Below, one piece after another: positions 26,181-39,937 of a DNA stretch of 64,000 bases (within the stretch, counting starts at the first letter, position 1; the number at the start of each line of letters is the position of its first letter). Source of the DNA: the human T2T-CHM13v2.0 reference genome, Homo sapiens; NCBI RefSeq assembly GCF_009914755.1, contig NC_060942.1. The stretch is one strand, 5' to 3'. The notes under the pieces are model-generated. The model was not told where the DNA came from. It did no database searches and saw only the letters and a program-made list of their open reading frames with translations. A program made the position numbers and the translations under genes.

Positions 26181-29100
26181 TGTCATTGGCAAGCGTTCCC
26201 TGCTATCTCTGTGACCATCACTCCACACTGCACACAACTTAAAATCATCTGATTATTAGAATTTGTGGCCCACACTCCATTTTATCCTTTATTTAATCTA
26301 TCCCCAGATCACACATTTGTTTAAATGTTTTGGCTGGTTTACAAATCATGCAGCCATCTGCACAGTAGGTGTGACACAATTTTTTAGACAAAAGTTACGT
26401 TATAAACAAAGATAAAGTCATTTGAAATGCTTTGGTGTTTGTTATTCTGCCTGGTTCACTTGGACCAACTCTAAGAAATAAATAGAATTATCTGTGTAAA
26501 TCGATGAACATCTATGAAAAACAACACCCAGCAGAACGCCCAGCTTGCTCCATTACCTACGTTAATATCATGACAGCTGAGGAGAGATGACCTGGCCCAC
26601 TTCTCATCTCTCCTGTACAGATGGCTATTAAAGAGAAAGTATCCCTTTTGTATGGTCCATGTAGAAACCCTTTATGGGCTTTTCAAATAAGCCAGCATTG
26701 CCCACATGAGGGTAGCTTTCTGTTACCATTAAACTGCCCAGATTTCATCTTTTTTAATCCAGCTCTTGATGAAATAAGCCAGTGTTTTATCATATTTAAC
26801 ACCAAATGCTTGTTTCTTAATTCTCTGAATTTTGTAAGCAATCAAATAAGGATTTTTTTTAAAAAAGGGTTCAGTCATCTTCTCATTTAGAATGAATGTA
26901 AATCAAGGTTCCAAAAAATCTCAGTGATTTTGAGCTTCTTAGGATAGCATGGAGATTATAAACACATATGTATAGCCACACATATAGGCATTATTGTTGA
27001 TCCATTTCTATTCATTCTTTTGAAACCAGTCGGTGAAAGCAAGAGTTTAAAGGGAGACATGGACCTTTCTCTTCCTATGCAAAGATCCATATATTTGGAT
27101 ATTTTCCCTTAGGACATAAAATCCTAAACTACTATGAACCTCAAAATACTGGTTTTAGTCTTTTCTAAAGCAAGTGCACTCAAGCTGAAATGCTTCAGAG
27201 GTGATACTGAAAGTCGCAAAACAATAATGAAGATTAGTCACATAGTACACCACCCACTAAAGAAATGAAAGGAAAAGAATGCCATTTGTGACCTTGGGCA
27301 CCAAACAAATTGCAGGAAGTATGAATGCCACCTGCCACAAGAACAGACTAAAATTTCACCACACTGTTAAGAACGGATTTACTCATTCTTTATGCCTTGA
27401 CATCAGTGATATATATCATGTGTAACACAACACATAGAGTACGTATCTTCCTACATATGCTGGAGAGAGCTTAATCTTTTTCTGATTTTTTGAAAATCGT
27501 GATTATCTATAAAATACCGAGTATTTATTAGAGATATAAATAAAAAGTCAGTATTTTTGCATCAGTATTTTCTTATTAGCTATCCTTTAAAATCCTAAAT
27601 TCTAGTTCTGCTTTTCTAAGAGACAAACATATTTGCTTCTTCAAAATGCTTTAACATTACACTTGATCTATCTAGGACACGTTTATTAGTGACTATTTCT
27701 GGATTTTCCTATCTTTTACAAAACGGGGTATCCTGACACTTAGACACAATTTTGCCATTACAACACTGGTCTCTCTAGTCAGATGAAAAAAATAAAACAT
27801 ATTAAGTAACCATTTCTAAGTATATTTTAAAAAATAATCCTTATGTAAATGGCTTGTACCTATTCCATTCATTTTCTCCATCCATGAACTTTGAAAGGGA
27901 GGCCTGGAAATGGCCACAGCTATATCCTGACTACTTGTCCTCCAAAGTCCATAACTATAGTAATCAATTCCAAGGATAATGGTATTTCTCCCCTTTGATC
28001 ATTCCTTTGTCAAGCTGACTGGCCTTCGATGGTGAGTGTACTGCTGGTTGTCTACCACCAGCCGCTTGCAATTTGCTCACTATGTTTCATGAGACAGTTG
28101 TTTGTGGCTGTTTGGAACACATTTGTTTCTTTGGGGATTTATGCGCTAGTTGCAATGCCAACCTCCATAGTGATCGAAATTTCTTTCTAACTAAAATAGA
28201 TAATTAGAGGCTGGTAATTATTGGTCAAGAATTATCAGAGTGAAAAAATTAAGCTTCTCATAAATAGTTCTTGGCAATGTCATCTCTTTATATTATCTGA
28301 TGCCTAACAGCCCTTTATTCAGAGCACTTACAAATTTACTCTATGCTGTTGAGCCTCATAATTTTATATGAGGCAATCCCTTTGCTGGGTTAAACACATT
28401 TAAATTCTCTTGTTTCATCTCTATTTTTGCTAATCCATACCAAAGAATAATAATAATAACAGACAGCTCAGAGAGGAAAATAACAATAAATATTTACTAT
28501 GCTGATTTCAGAAAAGAGAAGGGTGAATAGGAAATTAAAGCACGTAATACACACTTGTATCTTGTTGTATTCTCAGGTCAAAAGCCAACATAAACTATGT
28601 GAAATGAGCAAAGGAAGAGAGGAAAAATTTTCTCATTGGCACAGATCTTAAAAGAGGGAAATCTTTTCCCCAGGAAAGCTGTTAAAATGTTTTGTAGCTC
28701 TTTTTGCGTGTGTGTAAAGAAGAAAAGAAACCCCTGAATAGTCACTGGTCTGATTTCATACTGAAACTCTGTCAAAATGTGGTGAAGAGGGAGGTTTTCT
28801 TTTTTTCCTTAATAGACATAAGTCAATTCCCTAGTGCATTTTTATCGAGTAATTATTCTCGCAACTCAGACCATGTGTCCACACCTTGCTGCAAAACTGC
28901 ACTTAAGAAGAGCACCTCTGGTATGTACCTGGTAGAAACATTGGTGATTTCCCTTTCACAAATGTCCCTGGCCAACAGCCTGAGACCAGCACATCCAGAA
29001 AGATGTGTGGCGGTTGCTTGACACTGAGATTGCACACAAACATAGGTGCCACAGGAGCAAATGCAAATGACTTGAGTAAAGAAGGAATTTAAAGTTACAC

Positions 29101-31761
29101 CTCATTGGGTCATCTGTAGATCTTGTTTTCCATCAGGTGACATAATCCTTCCTCTACATTGATTGAAATGTAAAACAAAATCTGCAAAAACACTATATAC
29201 CCTCTTAACAAAAGGAGTAAGAGGCTTTTCAGATAGTCCCTAATCCCCCTTCCTCTATTAAATGTCTAGTTGAGATTATTTTTTGATTAGACAAAAAAAA
29301 AAAACCACACACAGATACACAACCTAAAAATACCTACCCTCAATGGAGGTATTTTAGCTAACAAAATAATGCAGCCTGCATCATTTGAAAGACTAAATAG
29401 CACATTGGAATTCTAAAAAGGGGTATCTTAGCCTTTGTGACTCCCTTGGTTTTTGCATTCTCTCTAGATACTAACAGCACAAATAGGGTGTAAGGACTTG
29501 GATGCATGGTCAACAAATAAAACAATTAAATGGATGCTACTCATTTGTTTAGGCCTCAAGTGCAAGAGAATTACATATTTTTATTATTAAAAATGGCATG
29601 AATATTAAATAACTAGACCCTCTGTGAAAAGGAATGGAATGTGCTTCTCTGATGAAAGGTGAATTGTTAAATGCTCAGGTCCCAAGAGGTAAGTGTCTTA
29701 TTAATCCACTATAAGGTAGAAGGGAAAAAGCCTTGGGAAAGCACTAATGATGCAAGGAATATAAAATAAATACAAATAGGAATGATATAAAGCAATTTAA
29801 AAAGAAGACAAAACAAACTGATTAATGTTTATAGGCAAAATGATACTAAAATTGGAAAATCAAAAAGTCCTGTTATGCTGAACATTCAATTGAAATTCTA
29901 AATGTGCAAAAGAGTATTAACATTGTGGTGAAAATATATTCAACATATTCATCTATGTACTGGGACAAATAATAAATCCAGAAACAAAAGTAAGTTTACA
30001 TTGAATAGAACTAATGAGAAGCATGACCACAAAATTTCACTGAATTTCCCATAAACTGCAGACTTCTAAGAACTGCCTTCATTCAAGCCTATCTAAAAGT
30101 GCAGCATGAGGTAGAATCATGAATGACTGCCACCAACACAGTCTACTCAAGAAATAAAGAGACGGGAAATATTAACATTTATCATTTGGCAGGAATTCAT
30201 TTTTTCTAAGCTGCTCCTCTCCTCTAAAAAGCTGTTTTAAAAGTTTATATAAGGTATTTTTTACAATCTCAAACAGAAGGGAATTGCAAGGAAACATTTG
30301 AATCTCTCCTACATTTTGCCATTATCTTCTAATCACTCACTAAAGCTGTCAACGCTATTGTCACATTGAAGGATATACTATTTAATATATGAGAAATCAC
30401 GAATAATATTAATACTTAAATCTGGAAAATACAGAGATGAATTGATCAATATTTTAGCTGTTATGTATAAGTTCCATTTTGCACAAATAAGCTCTTAGTC
30501 ATTTATAAGCAACAACCCCCCAGAAGACCTATCATTTGAAAACTATAAAGCACATCCTATTGAAAAATTATCAATCAATTTTCCAACATGCTTTTGAATT
30601 TATCTTCATTAATTTATATAAGAAAAATTGAAGTTTTGTTATAGCTTTAATGATCAGAAATGACAGGGGAACAACCTTCCACTAAGCATTCTTAGAATAT
30701 TTCTAATTAGTATACAATCAAACTTATTCCCCCCTGAAAACAAGTTCATAGTCTAAACTGTTGAATTTTCTTTCCTGTCTTACAGAGTTTCATAGTAGGA
30801 GAGTATGAGGTTAATTTGACTTTTTAAATATTATAATTATTTATGGTATTATGAAATACCATGAAGTGAGTATGAAATAGAAAACTCATAGTATAAAAAA
30901 CATAAATGAGTAACAAAAATAGCATAAAGTAATAGCAATTGTCATTGTACTAGTAGAAAAATGATCTGCTTGATAAAGTTTAACTGGCTGGTAAAACGTT
31001 TAGTGTTATTACTAAATGCTTATCAAATTAAAAAACATAGGCAGTAATCCATGAGGAATTAAGAAATAATGGGACAATATGAATAAGTTAAAAAAATATC
31101 CTTTTGGTTTTAGGCCATGTGATAAATGCAAAATCCTAAAAACAATGGCCTGGAGTAATTTCAGAAATCTTTCCCCAAACTACTTTTATTAAAATCTATG
31201 GAAAATTTGGTGGGGAATAAAAAATGATCACTGAATTCTTTACATGATCTTTATGATCATGATTATTTCCAGGCTGTTGAAACCATACATATAAAACTAT
31301 TTTATGGCTATTTAAATTATTTATGTTTCCCTATCACAAAAACTCGCTACTTTAGATTTTGATACAAAGATGCTTAAGCAACGCACAACAGTGCCATTAC
31401 CATAATAACTTCTGAAATTAAAACCTGTCTAAAACTCTATGGAAAGCTAACATCCAGTTCATTAACCATTCCTGTTAGTTTTCAATAATGCAAAAATGAT
31501 TAGAAGTTTAATTTGTTAATCACCTGTGTTTTGACTGGCAGTAGATATATAATCCTCTGCAGAAGTCTAAACTAGCCCTTGCAGAAAATAAAATGTGCTA
31601 ACACCTTATCAGGACTAATAACAGAAATTAAAAAAAAAATCAATCATGCCGAGGAAAAACAATGATGGTTGAACAATTAATTCATCTTTAACTCTGTTTA
31701 ATGGTGATATACACAAGCAGAAGAAACATCTATCTGTAATAAGGTTTAGAGTGTCACTCAC

Positions 31762-31846
31762 CAATCATGTGATTTGCAACATGAACCTGAATATCCCATT
31801 CATTGTAGAAAACCATCTGACACTTGATGCATTGATAGGTCTTCTT
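31762..31846 (-). CDS. ZNF521: ZNF521 85-nt coding exon (one C2H2 finger)
   Basis: Minus strand reads acttgttttctcag|AAGAAGACCTATCAATGC...CACATGATTG|gtgagt, translating [28 protein letters not shown]+G. It has canonical AG/GT ends and continues the upstream exon in phase 0 (SQSDE-KKTYQC, as in ZNF521). Confidence 0.96.
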
Positions 31847-32454
31847 CTGAGAAAACAAGTATAAACAGAGTTACTTAGACACATGGACTTTTAATTGTTT
31901 CTTTGTTTAAAAAACATTTTTCTGAGATGCTGATCTTACCTATGTTGCTAAGGAACAAACTAAACTACAGGGCCCCTTGGCCCAAGTTCTACGAATTCCT
32001 TACTTAGACCTTATGGCTTGATCCCAACACTATATTTTCATTTGCAGACATTTAGAAGAAACAGAAGCACATAATTATGGCATAATATATTTTTAAAGAT
32101 CCCTAAACTCAAAAACAGAAGGTTTTTAAAACCAGAAGTATTACAGAAATACAGTTTAAAAAAACATGAGTATTAAAAAAAAAATCTACAGAGTTTCAGA
32201 AACCAGTGTCTTTGAAGATCAGGCACAATTTCATTCTGACCAACATAACTGGGGTGTTGCTTCTAGATATCCATAAGTAATACGGCTAATAAGTTAAGAT
32301 TCATGGATGCTAGCTAAAATATTTAGAGATATAATTTTTGGCTAAAGTCTACAATTTAAATGATGTTTTAGAAGTTGCTAAGCATTAGTATTTAAATATG
32401 TACCTCATCCTATAAAGAAATAATATCATAATGAACATTCTAACACTATTTTAT

Positions 32455-32585
32455 CATTTTACACAACAGCCCTGTGAAGTAGAGCAAGATTTTTATTATA
32501 ATTCTTATAGCATAAATGAAGAAACTGAGGTCCAGAGAAATAGAAAGATTTGCCTGATGTCATGGTGCCGTACAGCTGGGAAGAG
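32455..32585 (-). mobile_element. MIR
   Basis: acaacagccctgtgaagtag...aatgaagaaactgaggtccagagaa...gatttgcctgatgtca matches the reverse MIR core. Confidence 0.7.
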
Positions 32586-34169
32586 AAATACTTTTGATTC
32601 TAAATGCTAGTAGGCTCTCTGATTTCTGAATCATAAAGCAGCCATTATAATTTTACATCTTTATTACTGAGTCCCAGTACCTATTAGATGAACTCAATAA
32701 ATAGAGTATTAGCTGTGTTTTCCAGAACACATACTTACATAAATTCCTTTTTGATGAAACTTAATATTTGTAATTAAAAACCATGTTGGAAGACAAAATA
32801 AACCATTATGAAAATAATCCATTTTTAAAATTTCCCAAACATGAGAAAATTACATTTGTAAAATCACATAAATGACATTTTCTTATAAGCGTTTTTTACA
32901 GAATTATCGTTTCATTTGAAATCATATAAAATTGTTTTACTGATGGTATTAATAAGGAAATACCAGCCTGTAAGTTACAATCAATTTTAAGGAACTGAAG
33001 TTCTTTAGAACTGAACAAAACCAAAGTTAAGCACAAACATTTAGCATAATTCAAGATTTAAAATTATAAATGCCATTAATATAAATTTTTCCTAATTATT
33101 GTAATTTAACATAATATTTTCTTCTGCAACAGTGGCCAATATTCCTTGTAAACTACGGAAGTACAGGCATATTTCCATTGGAAGCTGTCTAAATCATCTG
33201 ACGGTCTTTGTACATTAGGCATATTGCGAACTGAATGTGCTGAATCTAAATCTAACACGGACTTCAAACACCCTGACAATCACCAAGGAAGATTGACTAC
33301 ACCGAGCTGTTTACAAGATGCTTTTGATGGTGACATATAGAGCAACATGTGTTACGTAAGTAACATCTATCCCTTTTTTAACACTATTTCCCTTTAGAAC
33401 TAGTTAGAAAATATTTCTTACTCCCTGATGACCTACATTATATATTGTTTATTAGCATACTTCTAGCATTATTCCTGATATGTGACCTTGCTGAAAAACA
33501 AAGAAACATAAACTTAATGGCTAGTCTTTTCTCTTGTTAGCACAGTAAAACATACAATATGTCGAAAACTGTCTCCAAAAATGATGACTGATGAATATGT
33601 TGGCAGAATATACTAGGGCTTTTTTTTCCCCAGTCTAATAATAAAGAATAAAATCACTTGAAAAGCCAAAATAATAAAATGCCAGCACTTACTACTATCT
33701 TCAAAATGAACTGACACATGTAAGTTTTCTTTTATCATTGAATGAAAATGCTTTTGCCACTACTGATAATTCAAACATTAATTCTCTCCACTCATAAAAC
33801 AGTGTCTAAAATACTATGTTATATTTTTTATTAACAAAGCCATATTCTTATCTATAAGCTCCTAAAGTTACGGCTAGATAAGAATTTACTGTGATCAAAA
33901 ACAATGAACCGTGATTTTAAAATACTGAAGCTTGAACTCTACTTCACCATATTTTTCACATTTCCCAAATACAAAGCAATGATATGCAAATTGGGATGTG
34001 TTAAGGGTTTTCTTTTTAAAGCCATGATGTAAAATTCATTTTTACCCTTAATTTTTAAAACGTTGATGTTAAATGACCTTTAAAGCATATCTCATTATAA
34101 TTATAGATTATTCGCAAAATATTTGAGAGATCCCTGCACACCTGTACACCATCTTTAAGTAAAGGGATT

Positions 34170-34550
34170 ATAACCTCTGAACAGTGTCAGCCTTGGGGAA
34201 CTCATTCCCTTGGAGGTAAATTTATTCCACCTCTGTGTGGCTAAAATTATGAGAGAATTCTTCCTAATTCTAGACCCAAATCTGTTTTTCTGCCACTTTC
34301 ACCCATTGGCCCTAACTCTAAGCTCTGGTGCTACAAAGAAGAGGTTGAATCCATTGTCTAATATGACAATTACATTAGCCCCTTTTCAGACTGAACATAG
34401 GGGCACAATGTAAGAAATACTTGGAATTACCTCCCTTCCTGGTTACCTATCTCCAGGTCAATGTTTTAAGAAATAGAACCCCAAATGAAGTGCCATACTC
34501 CAGGTATGATCTGACCCTTGCAGAGTACATGAGGATTGTCATCTCCCTTA
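34170..34550 (-). mobile_element. L3/CR1 LINE fragment
   Basis: ttcttcctaattctagacccaaatctg...ttcacccattggccctaactct and catactccaggtatgatctgacc...gcagagtac resemble the reverse L3 consensus. Confidence 0.7.
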
Positions 34551-35619
34551 GGACAATTACTTACATTTATATAAAAGACAACAAAAAAAGTCAAGTGAGA
34601 TAATTTCTTTTAAAAGCAGATAAAAGTAGAAACAGAACTTCCATTGTTTGGGCCCCAGATTGGCCTTTATCAACGCTTAAGTTGTCAATTTACTTGAAAT
34701 GCTAATTTAGTACATTTTTAAAAGAGACTTTTTTTTTCATTAGCCTTTTTAAATGTGCTACTTGGGAGTGGGATTGTCATTTCCTGATTGTTCTCTTTTG
34801 TTTTCTGATACTGATAGATGTAATTATCAAGGATACAACTTTTTCCTAGCACCTCATTATTTTTGATTGATTTTGAGAACAATTTAAATGTGCCTTTTTG
34901 ACATTCTTGTTTTCAGTTACACTCTGGTTAAGGTACTCAGAGACTTTTTAAAAAGAACATCTCATAAATTAAAAAAATGATTAGAGATGCTTAATAATAT
35001 ATAGTTTTAAAAAATTATTCTGATTAACCCTATTCCCCTCCATTCCATCCATTAGGACTCAGACTTCACATTTAGTCTTACCAAATTTTAAAAAGTAATT
35101 TAAAATAATAATTATTAAAACTTATACTTTGTAGAAATCAAACTGCTTTGATTTCTTTTACCAAAATACTGAATAGATTAAAAAAAATCAGTGCATAGTA
35201 ATCCTCAAAAACAGAAAAGAAAAAAAATTAAGTTGTTACCATGTGAGGTGACTATTACATCAATTTCTTTTTCTGAAAATTGGCAATGAAAGGGTCAGAA
35301 GCACCTTGCTTTTTTAAGGAGGAAGTGTAGGTCGTGCCTATTTGATGAGTGAAAGCTTTTCTTTATAGAAGAATGACAGCAGAAGGGATGACAAAATTAG
35401 ATATTCACCATTTTGCAATGCCAAATAAAATGGTTCAGGATAATCATTAATGGATGCTGAAACTAGTAGAAGACAGGTTATTCTGAGATACTCAAATTCC
35501 ATCCTTTGATCATTGCAAAGCAAAAGATATATCTTTACATTTAGCTGATGGTAATTACTCTAACCAGACTATTTAGCTTAATATCACTAAGAATGGAAAT
35601 GACGTGACATTGTGTACCT

Positions 35620-36295
35620 CTTAATGAGTTGCAATATGAAGTATACATCACCAATATAGTATCTTATCTAAAATGTGTACTTGAATCTAATTAAGTCTTT
35701 AGGCCTAACAATCCAGTTTTCAGTAAATACAGGCATAGGGGAACAAATATTACTATGAGAAAAAAATGCAAATCTAGAATATTCTTTCAGAGAAATGGCC
35801 TGTTGTCTTTGAAAAGAGGAACAACTATTACTATGAGGGGGAAAAAAAACCCTCAAATCCAGAATATTCTTCAAAAGAAATGGCCTATTGTCATGGGAAA
35901 AAAAAAGTGAACAGATGAAAGAGACTGAAAAAGACTTGAGCAAATGTAATGTGTGGATCCTGATTTGGGGGGAGGGGGTGGAAACAGCTATAAGAAGGCT
36001 TTTGAGGCAATTGAGAATAATTTAGATATCAATCTGACTATCAGCTGATTATTAGATGCTATCGGGATGTTATTGTTACCTTTTTTAGATGTGATAATGG
36101 TATTGGGGTCATGTGGGTAAACATTCTTTTTGGTAGGAGATGCATACTGAGTATTTAGGGATGAAATATTTGCAATTTACTTTCAAAAGTTTCAAGAAAA
36201 AAACATATATAATCATATATAAGTAAATGGCTACATGTTAACCATCATAAAATCTAGGTGTATACATGAACATTTTCATAAAAACTGGAAAAAAT
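35620..36295 (+). mobile_element. Old L1 (L1ME-type) 3' end
   Basis: gatgtgataatggtattg...aggagatgcatactgagtatttaggg...tgcaatttactttcaaa is typical L1ME 3'UTR sequence. Confidence 0.7.
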
Positions 36296-36589
36296 GAACA
36301 GGATAATTCATAACATGTAGTTTTTAGAAGCTCAACCTAACCTGATTAACCCCATCTCCACTATTCACTTTAGACTCCTTCACTTGATATGCACCAAAAA
36401 TAATTTGTGCTTAGTTGTTTTAAGTAGCTTTGCAAACATTTTGGTATTTGTTTGTGAAGTTTTTGTTTTTGTTTTTTACATAAATCTAATATATAAACTC
36501 TAAGAAGTCAGGAACCATAGCTCACATAATTTTATAAACTGTTTCATACTTTAGTCTATAAAGAACTTGTATGTAAAAAAAAAATCCCT

Positions 36590-36700
36590 TGAAACAGTCC
36601 TGTTAAGAGTAGATAAAGGAGGGATTATTATCCTCATTTATAGATTAATTAAGTGACTTGGCTAAAGTCATACAGGTATAACCAAGCCAGGATTCTACTG
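36590..36700 (-). mobile_element. MIR fragment
   Basis: attattatcctcatttataga...ttaagtgacttggctaaagtcatacag. Confidence 0.6.
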
Positions 36701-37189
36701 TCTTTCACACACTGGATTTTAACACAGTTTATATTCTGGTCATTTGCAGGTAAATTTACAATTACATTTTAGGTGCATTTCAAAAGGAGGTTTTCCATAT
36801 AATTAAGTAGTGCTTTGGTCTTTGACAATGCCAGGAATGGTAGGAAAAGTAACTTACGAGAGCGAAGGAACTGTCGGTAGCCACGTTAGCCTTAGGCTCC
36901 CAGTCCCAGACTCTTGACTAAGATTCATAGGATAGAATTGGCTCTTAATTCCTTTAGTCTATTTCAAGATTTTCCCTTTGTCCTCAGTGTTCTGCAGTTT
37001 TCTTTTTTTTTTTGGCCATGTTTCAAACTGTACCTTTACGTGTATTTGTCTTGCTCAATACAAAAATAATAATTTCAATTTGAGATCTCACTTATGTACT
37101 CAATTCTTAAAATTTTCAGTGATTAAAATCACTCAGTTATTAAGTCTATCTAAGACACTCTCCATTCACTTCTATCAGAATCCTTATTA

Positions 37190-37700
37190 GACACAGATTG
37201 GAGCCTCTCAGTCTATCCTCCATGTATTTTAACTGCCCTTTCATTCATATTTTAAGAATCTATTTGTCTTCTTATGTTCTAATCTAGATCATCTTCTCTG
37301 TACTCTTACAAAACACTGATTCTCTCTTCACAGCTGACCAGTCTAGAGTTTATCCTATCTAGCAAAGCTTTTATTTAAAATGACTATTTTTCATTTCCAA
37401 CATTTCTAGTTTTAAACGTTCAAGTGCTTTTGTTTTACTTCTGCTTGGATTTGCTTCATAATTTGTCACTCTTTTCAGTGGAAATCATATCTTCATTTAT
37501 CTTTCTGAGCTTCTAAACATGCTTATTTCAAAGTCTTTGTCAGACTGTTCAAAATAATTATTTTCTTCTTTTTTTTCTGCTTTACTAGTGTTTGATTCAT
37601 TCACATACTTTGGAATCTTGGTTGAAAGCCCATTTGTAGTGATTTTTTTTTTTTCTATGTGCTCATTTCTCCCTTTCTAGTAGTTTCGCCATTGGTTCTA
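37190..37700 (-). mobile_element. Degraded L1 ORF1/HAL1-like fragment
   Basis: T-rich stretch with ctgattctctcttcacagctg...tttttcatttccaacatttcta, typical of antisense old L1/HAL1. Confidence 0.45.
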
Positions 37701-38399
37701 CTAGGGCATCCCAGGCTACTGTACCAGAGCTGGGTCTCAGAGGGGCATTTGCTGCCTATCTGCTGTGCTGCAGGGATAGAGAGACATTGCAAGGTAAATC
37801 ACAGAGGCAACACATGGGTAATTCAGTTTTATGTCACAAAACCGTGTCTTCCTTCCTACTCCTTCAATCCTCCAGGTAAAAATCCTAGTTCCTGGTAGTG
37901 GTCAACAGAATTACTTTTTCCCAGTCTCTTGCTGTGAACAAGAAATTTCCTCCCAGGCCCTGCTTCAAATAGTGGATCTGGATTTGTTCCATAGGGATTA
38001 AACCCTAATTACCACTTTCTATTGCTGGAAAATGTTCAGCAGACCCCTGGCTTTAGCCTTAATAACCATGTGGTTTTCTTATTTGGTTTCTGGATCTCAA
38101 AGACGAAGAACTGTTTTGGACTTGACTAAGTCCATTTGTTTTTCTATCTTTATATTTTATCAATCATTGCTATATGTTTGGAACATCAAAGCCAAAGTTA
38201 CAGAGCCATTTTTCCAGGATGTCCCATAGCTCTCAGCTCCCTCTATTTCAAGGCTTTTAAGGAAGGACGAGTGTCAGATTTGGTCACAACCCTGAAATCA
38301 GGATGTTGTACAATGATGCTGTAAAGTACTCATTCCAAATATATCCAGCAGTCTTAGTAGGAGAGAATCTCTAGATTTTCTTTCTGTAATACTAACTTG

Positions 38400-38570
38400 C
38401 TGTATAGTTAGTTGTGTGACAAATCATTAAATGACCCTGAGTTTCCTTCTCTGCAAATGAAAAAATAATAAAACCTACATCTTAGAGTCGATATGAAAAG
38501 TAAGTGAGAATTATATAAAAGTGCTTGGTACCATGCCTACCACGTAGCACACCTGCACTAAACAGTAATT
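38400..38570 (+). mobile_element. MIR
   Basis: tgtgtgac...ctgagtttccttctctgcaaatg...aataataaaacctac...aaagtgcttggtaccatgcct. Confidence 0.7.
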
Positions 38571-38815
38571 TTTAATGCTTACTTATTTACTAAAGGTACT
38601 ATTTACTGCCTGTATTACTCTTTATTTGACAGGTTATTATGGGGATGGAATAAAATATGATATAAACTGTCTGTTGTCAAAGGTGAGTAGTTTTCACCCT
38701 TTTAAGTGAACTTTGGAACCACATTAAAATTTCTTTCAACTCGAATCCACTAATTTAAATTTCATGACAATTAACAAGGGTTAAACAAATGTTTATTAAA
38801 TATAGCTTTAAAAAT

Positions 38816-39094
38816 TAGTTGGCCCTCCATATTTGTGGATTTCGCATCTGCAATCAACCTCTGGTTGAAAAATTTGAAAAAATAAAAAATAATACTACAA
38901 TACCATAAGAATAATCAAATAAAAAACCAATACATTATGACAGCTATTTACATAGCGCTTATATTATATTCAGTATCACAAGTAATCTAGAGATCATTTA
39001 AAGTATATGAGAGCATGTACATGTTTTTATAAAGAACTTCAGCATCCGCAGGGCATCCCGGAACCAATCCCCCATGGATACCAAGAGACGACTA
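38816..39094. mobile_element. MER2 (TcMar-Tigger family non-autonomous DNA transposon)
   Basis: Ends tagttggccctccatatttgtgg and ggaaccaatcccccatggataccaagagacgacta; internal aagtaatctagagatcatttaaagtat. Confidence 0.8.
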
Positions 39095-39937
39095 ATAACA
39101 CAAATAAAATCACAAGTTGGTGACAAGGTTGGGTGAATGGGAAGAGAGAAGCGGTTAAGAATGTGTAAAAAGGTTTAAGTTAGCTAGGAGGAAAAAGCTG
39201 TTTTCAAGGACTATAGCAATATACATTACCATCCCAAGAATGAATATATTAATCGCAAATGCAATATATATTTAAGAGCAGTAGCACCAGTATTTTGTTG
39301 GCAAGCAAATGGATACTACATGTGAGTGAAAGTAATAAGCCAGCAGCTTTCCACAAATGCTCAATAACTCAGACATTCTACTAATTTAGCCTAGTCATTT
39401 TCTAAGTAATTCTGAATTTGTATGAAAATAAGTCACTGAAGAAAGAAGAAAAAAATGGTTATTGAAATGTAATGAAAGCCACTAATGATGAAAAGCCCAA
39501 ATAATTCATTGAAAAACAAATGTATCAATATTCTAATTTGTATTCTTGTGACAGTTAAAAGGATGCTATTGTCTTACAGTGGTGGTGAATGTCCTGATAA
39601 AAAATCCATGTAACACTTTACATCATGCCTGGCACATGGCAACACCTCAACAACCAAGAGATATTAACCGTGATCCCTAAACTCAAGGCATTACAATGTG
39701 ATTGGGGAAATAAAACACACAAACATTAAAGTGTTTTAAGTATTTTGCCTAAATGACATGGCAAAGCAGTTCAGAACCAAGTGCCTATTTTGGTGTATTG
39801 CAAAGAGAAGACAGAACATGTCAGAGAGTGACAGATTAATATGGTCTGGAAGAGTTAGAAAAAACTCTCTGGGAGAGATAGGACGTGATCTGAGGTCTAA
39901 AATGGGAATAATTTTCTTGAGTTTGAAACTGTTACAA

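Noticed and set aside
24758-26214. Paralogous small ORFs in the two repeat copies (MCTPPTEAYRATGAILRAVRYL... and MCGSQTEAYQATGSILRSIRHL...)
   Set aside because: Most differences are non-synonymous and a 1-nt indel breaks the frame correspondence, so there is no coding signature.
30843-30862. 8-bp stem hairpin ATGGTATT/AATACCAT (and a 9-bp one at 29327-29355)
   Set aside because: Too short and AT-rich to exceed chance; not miRNA-precursor length.
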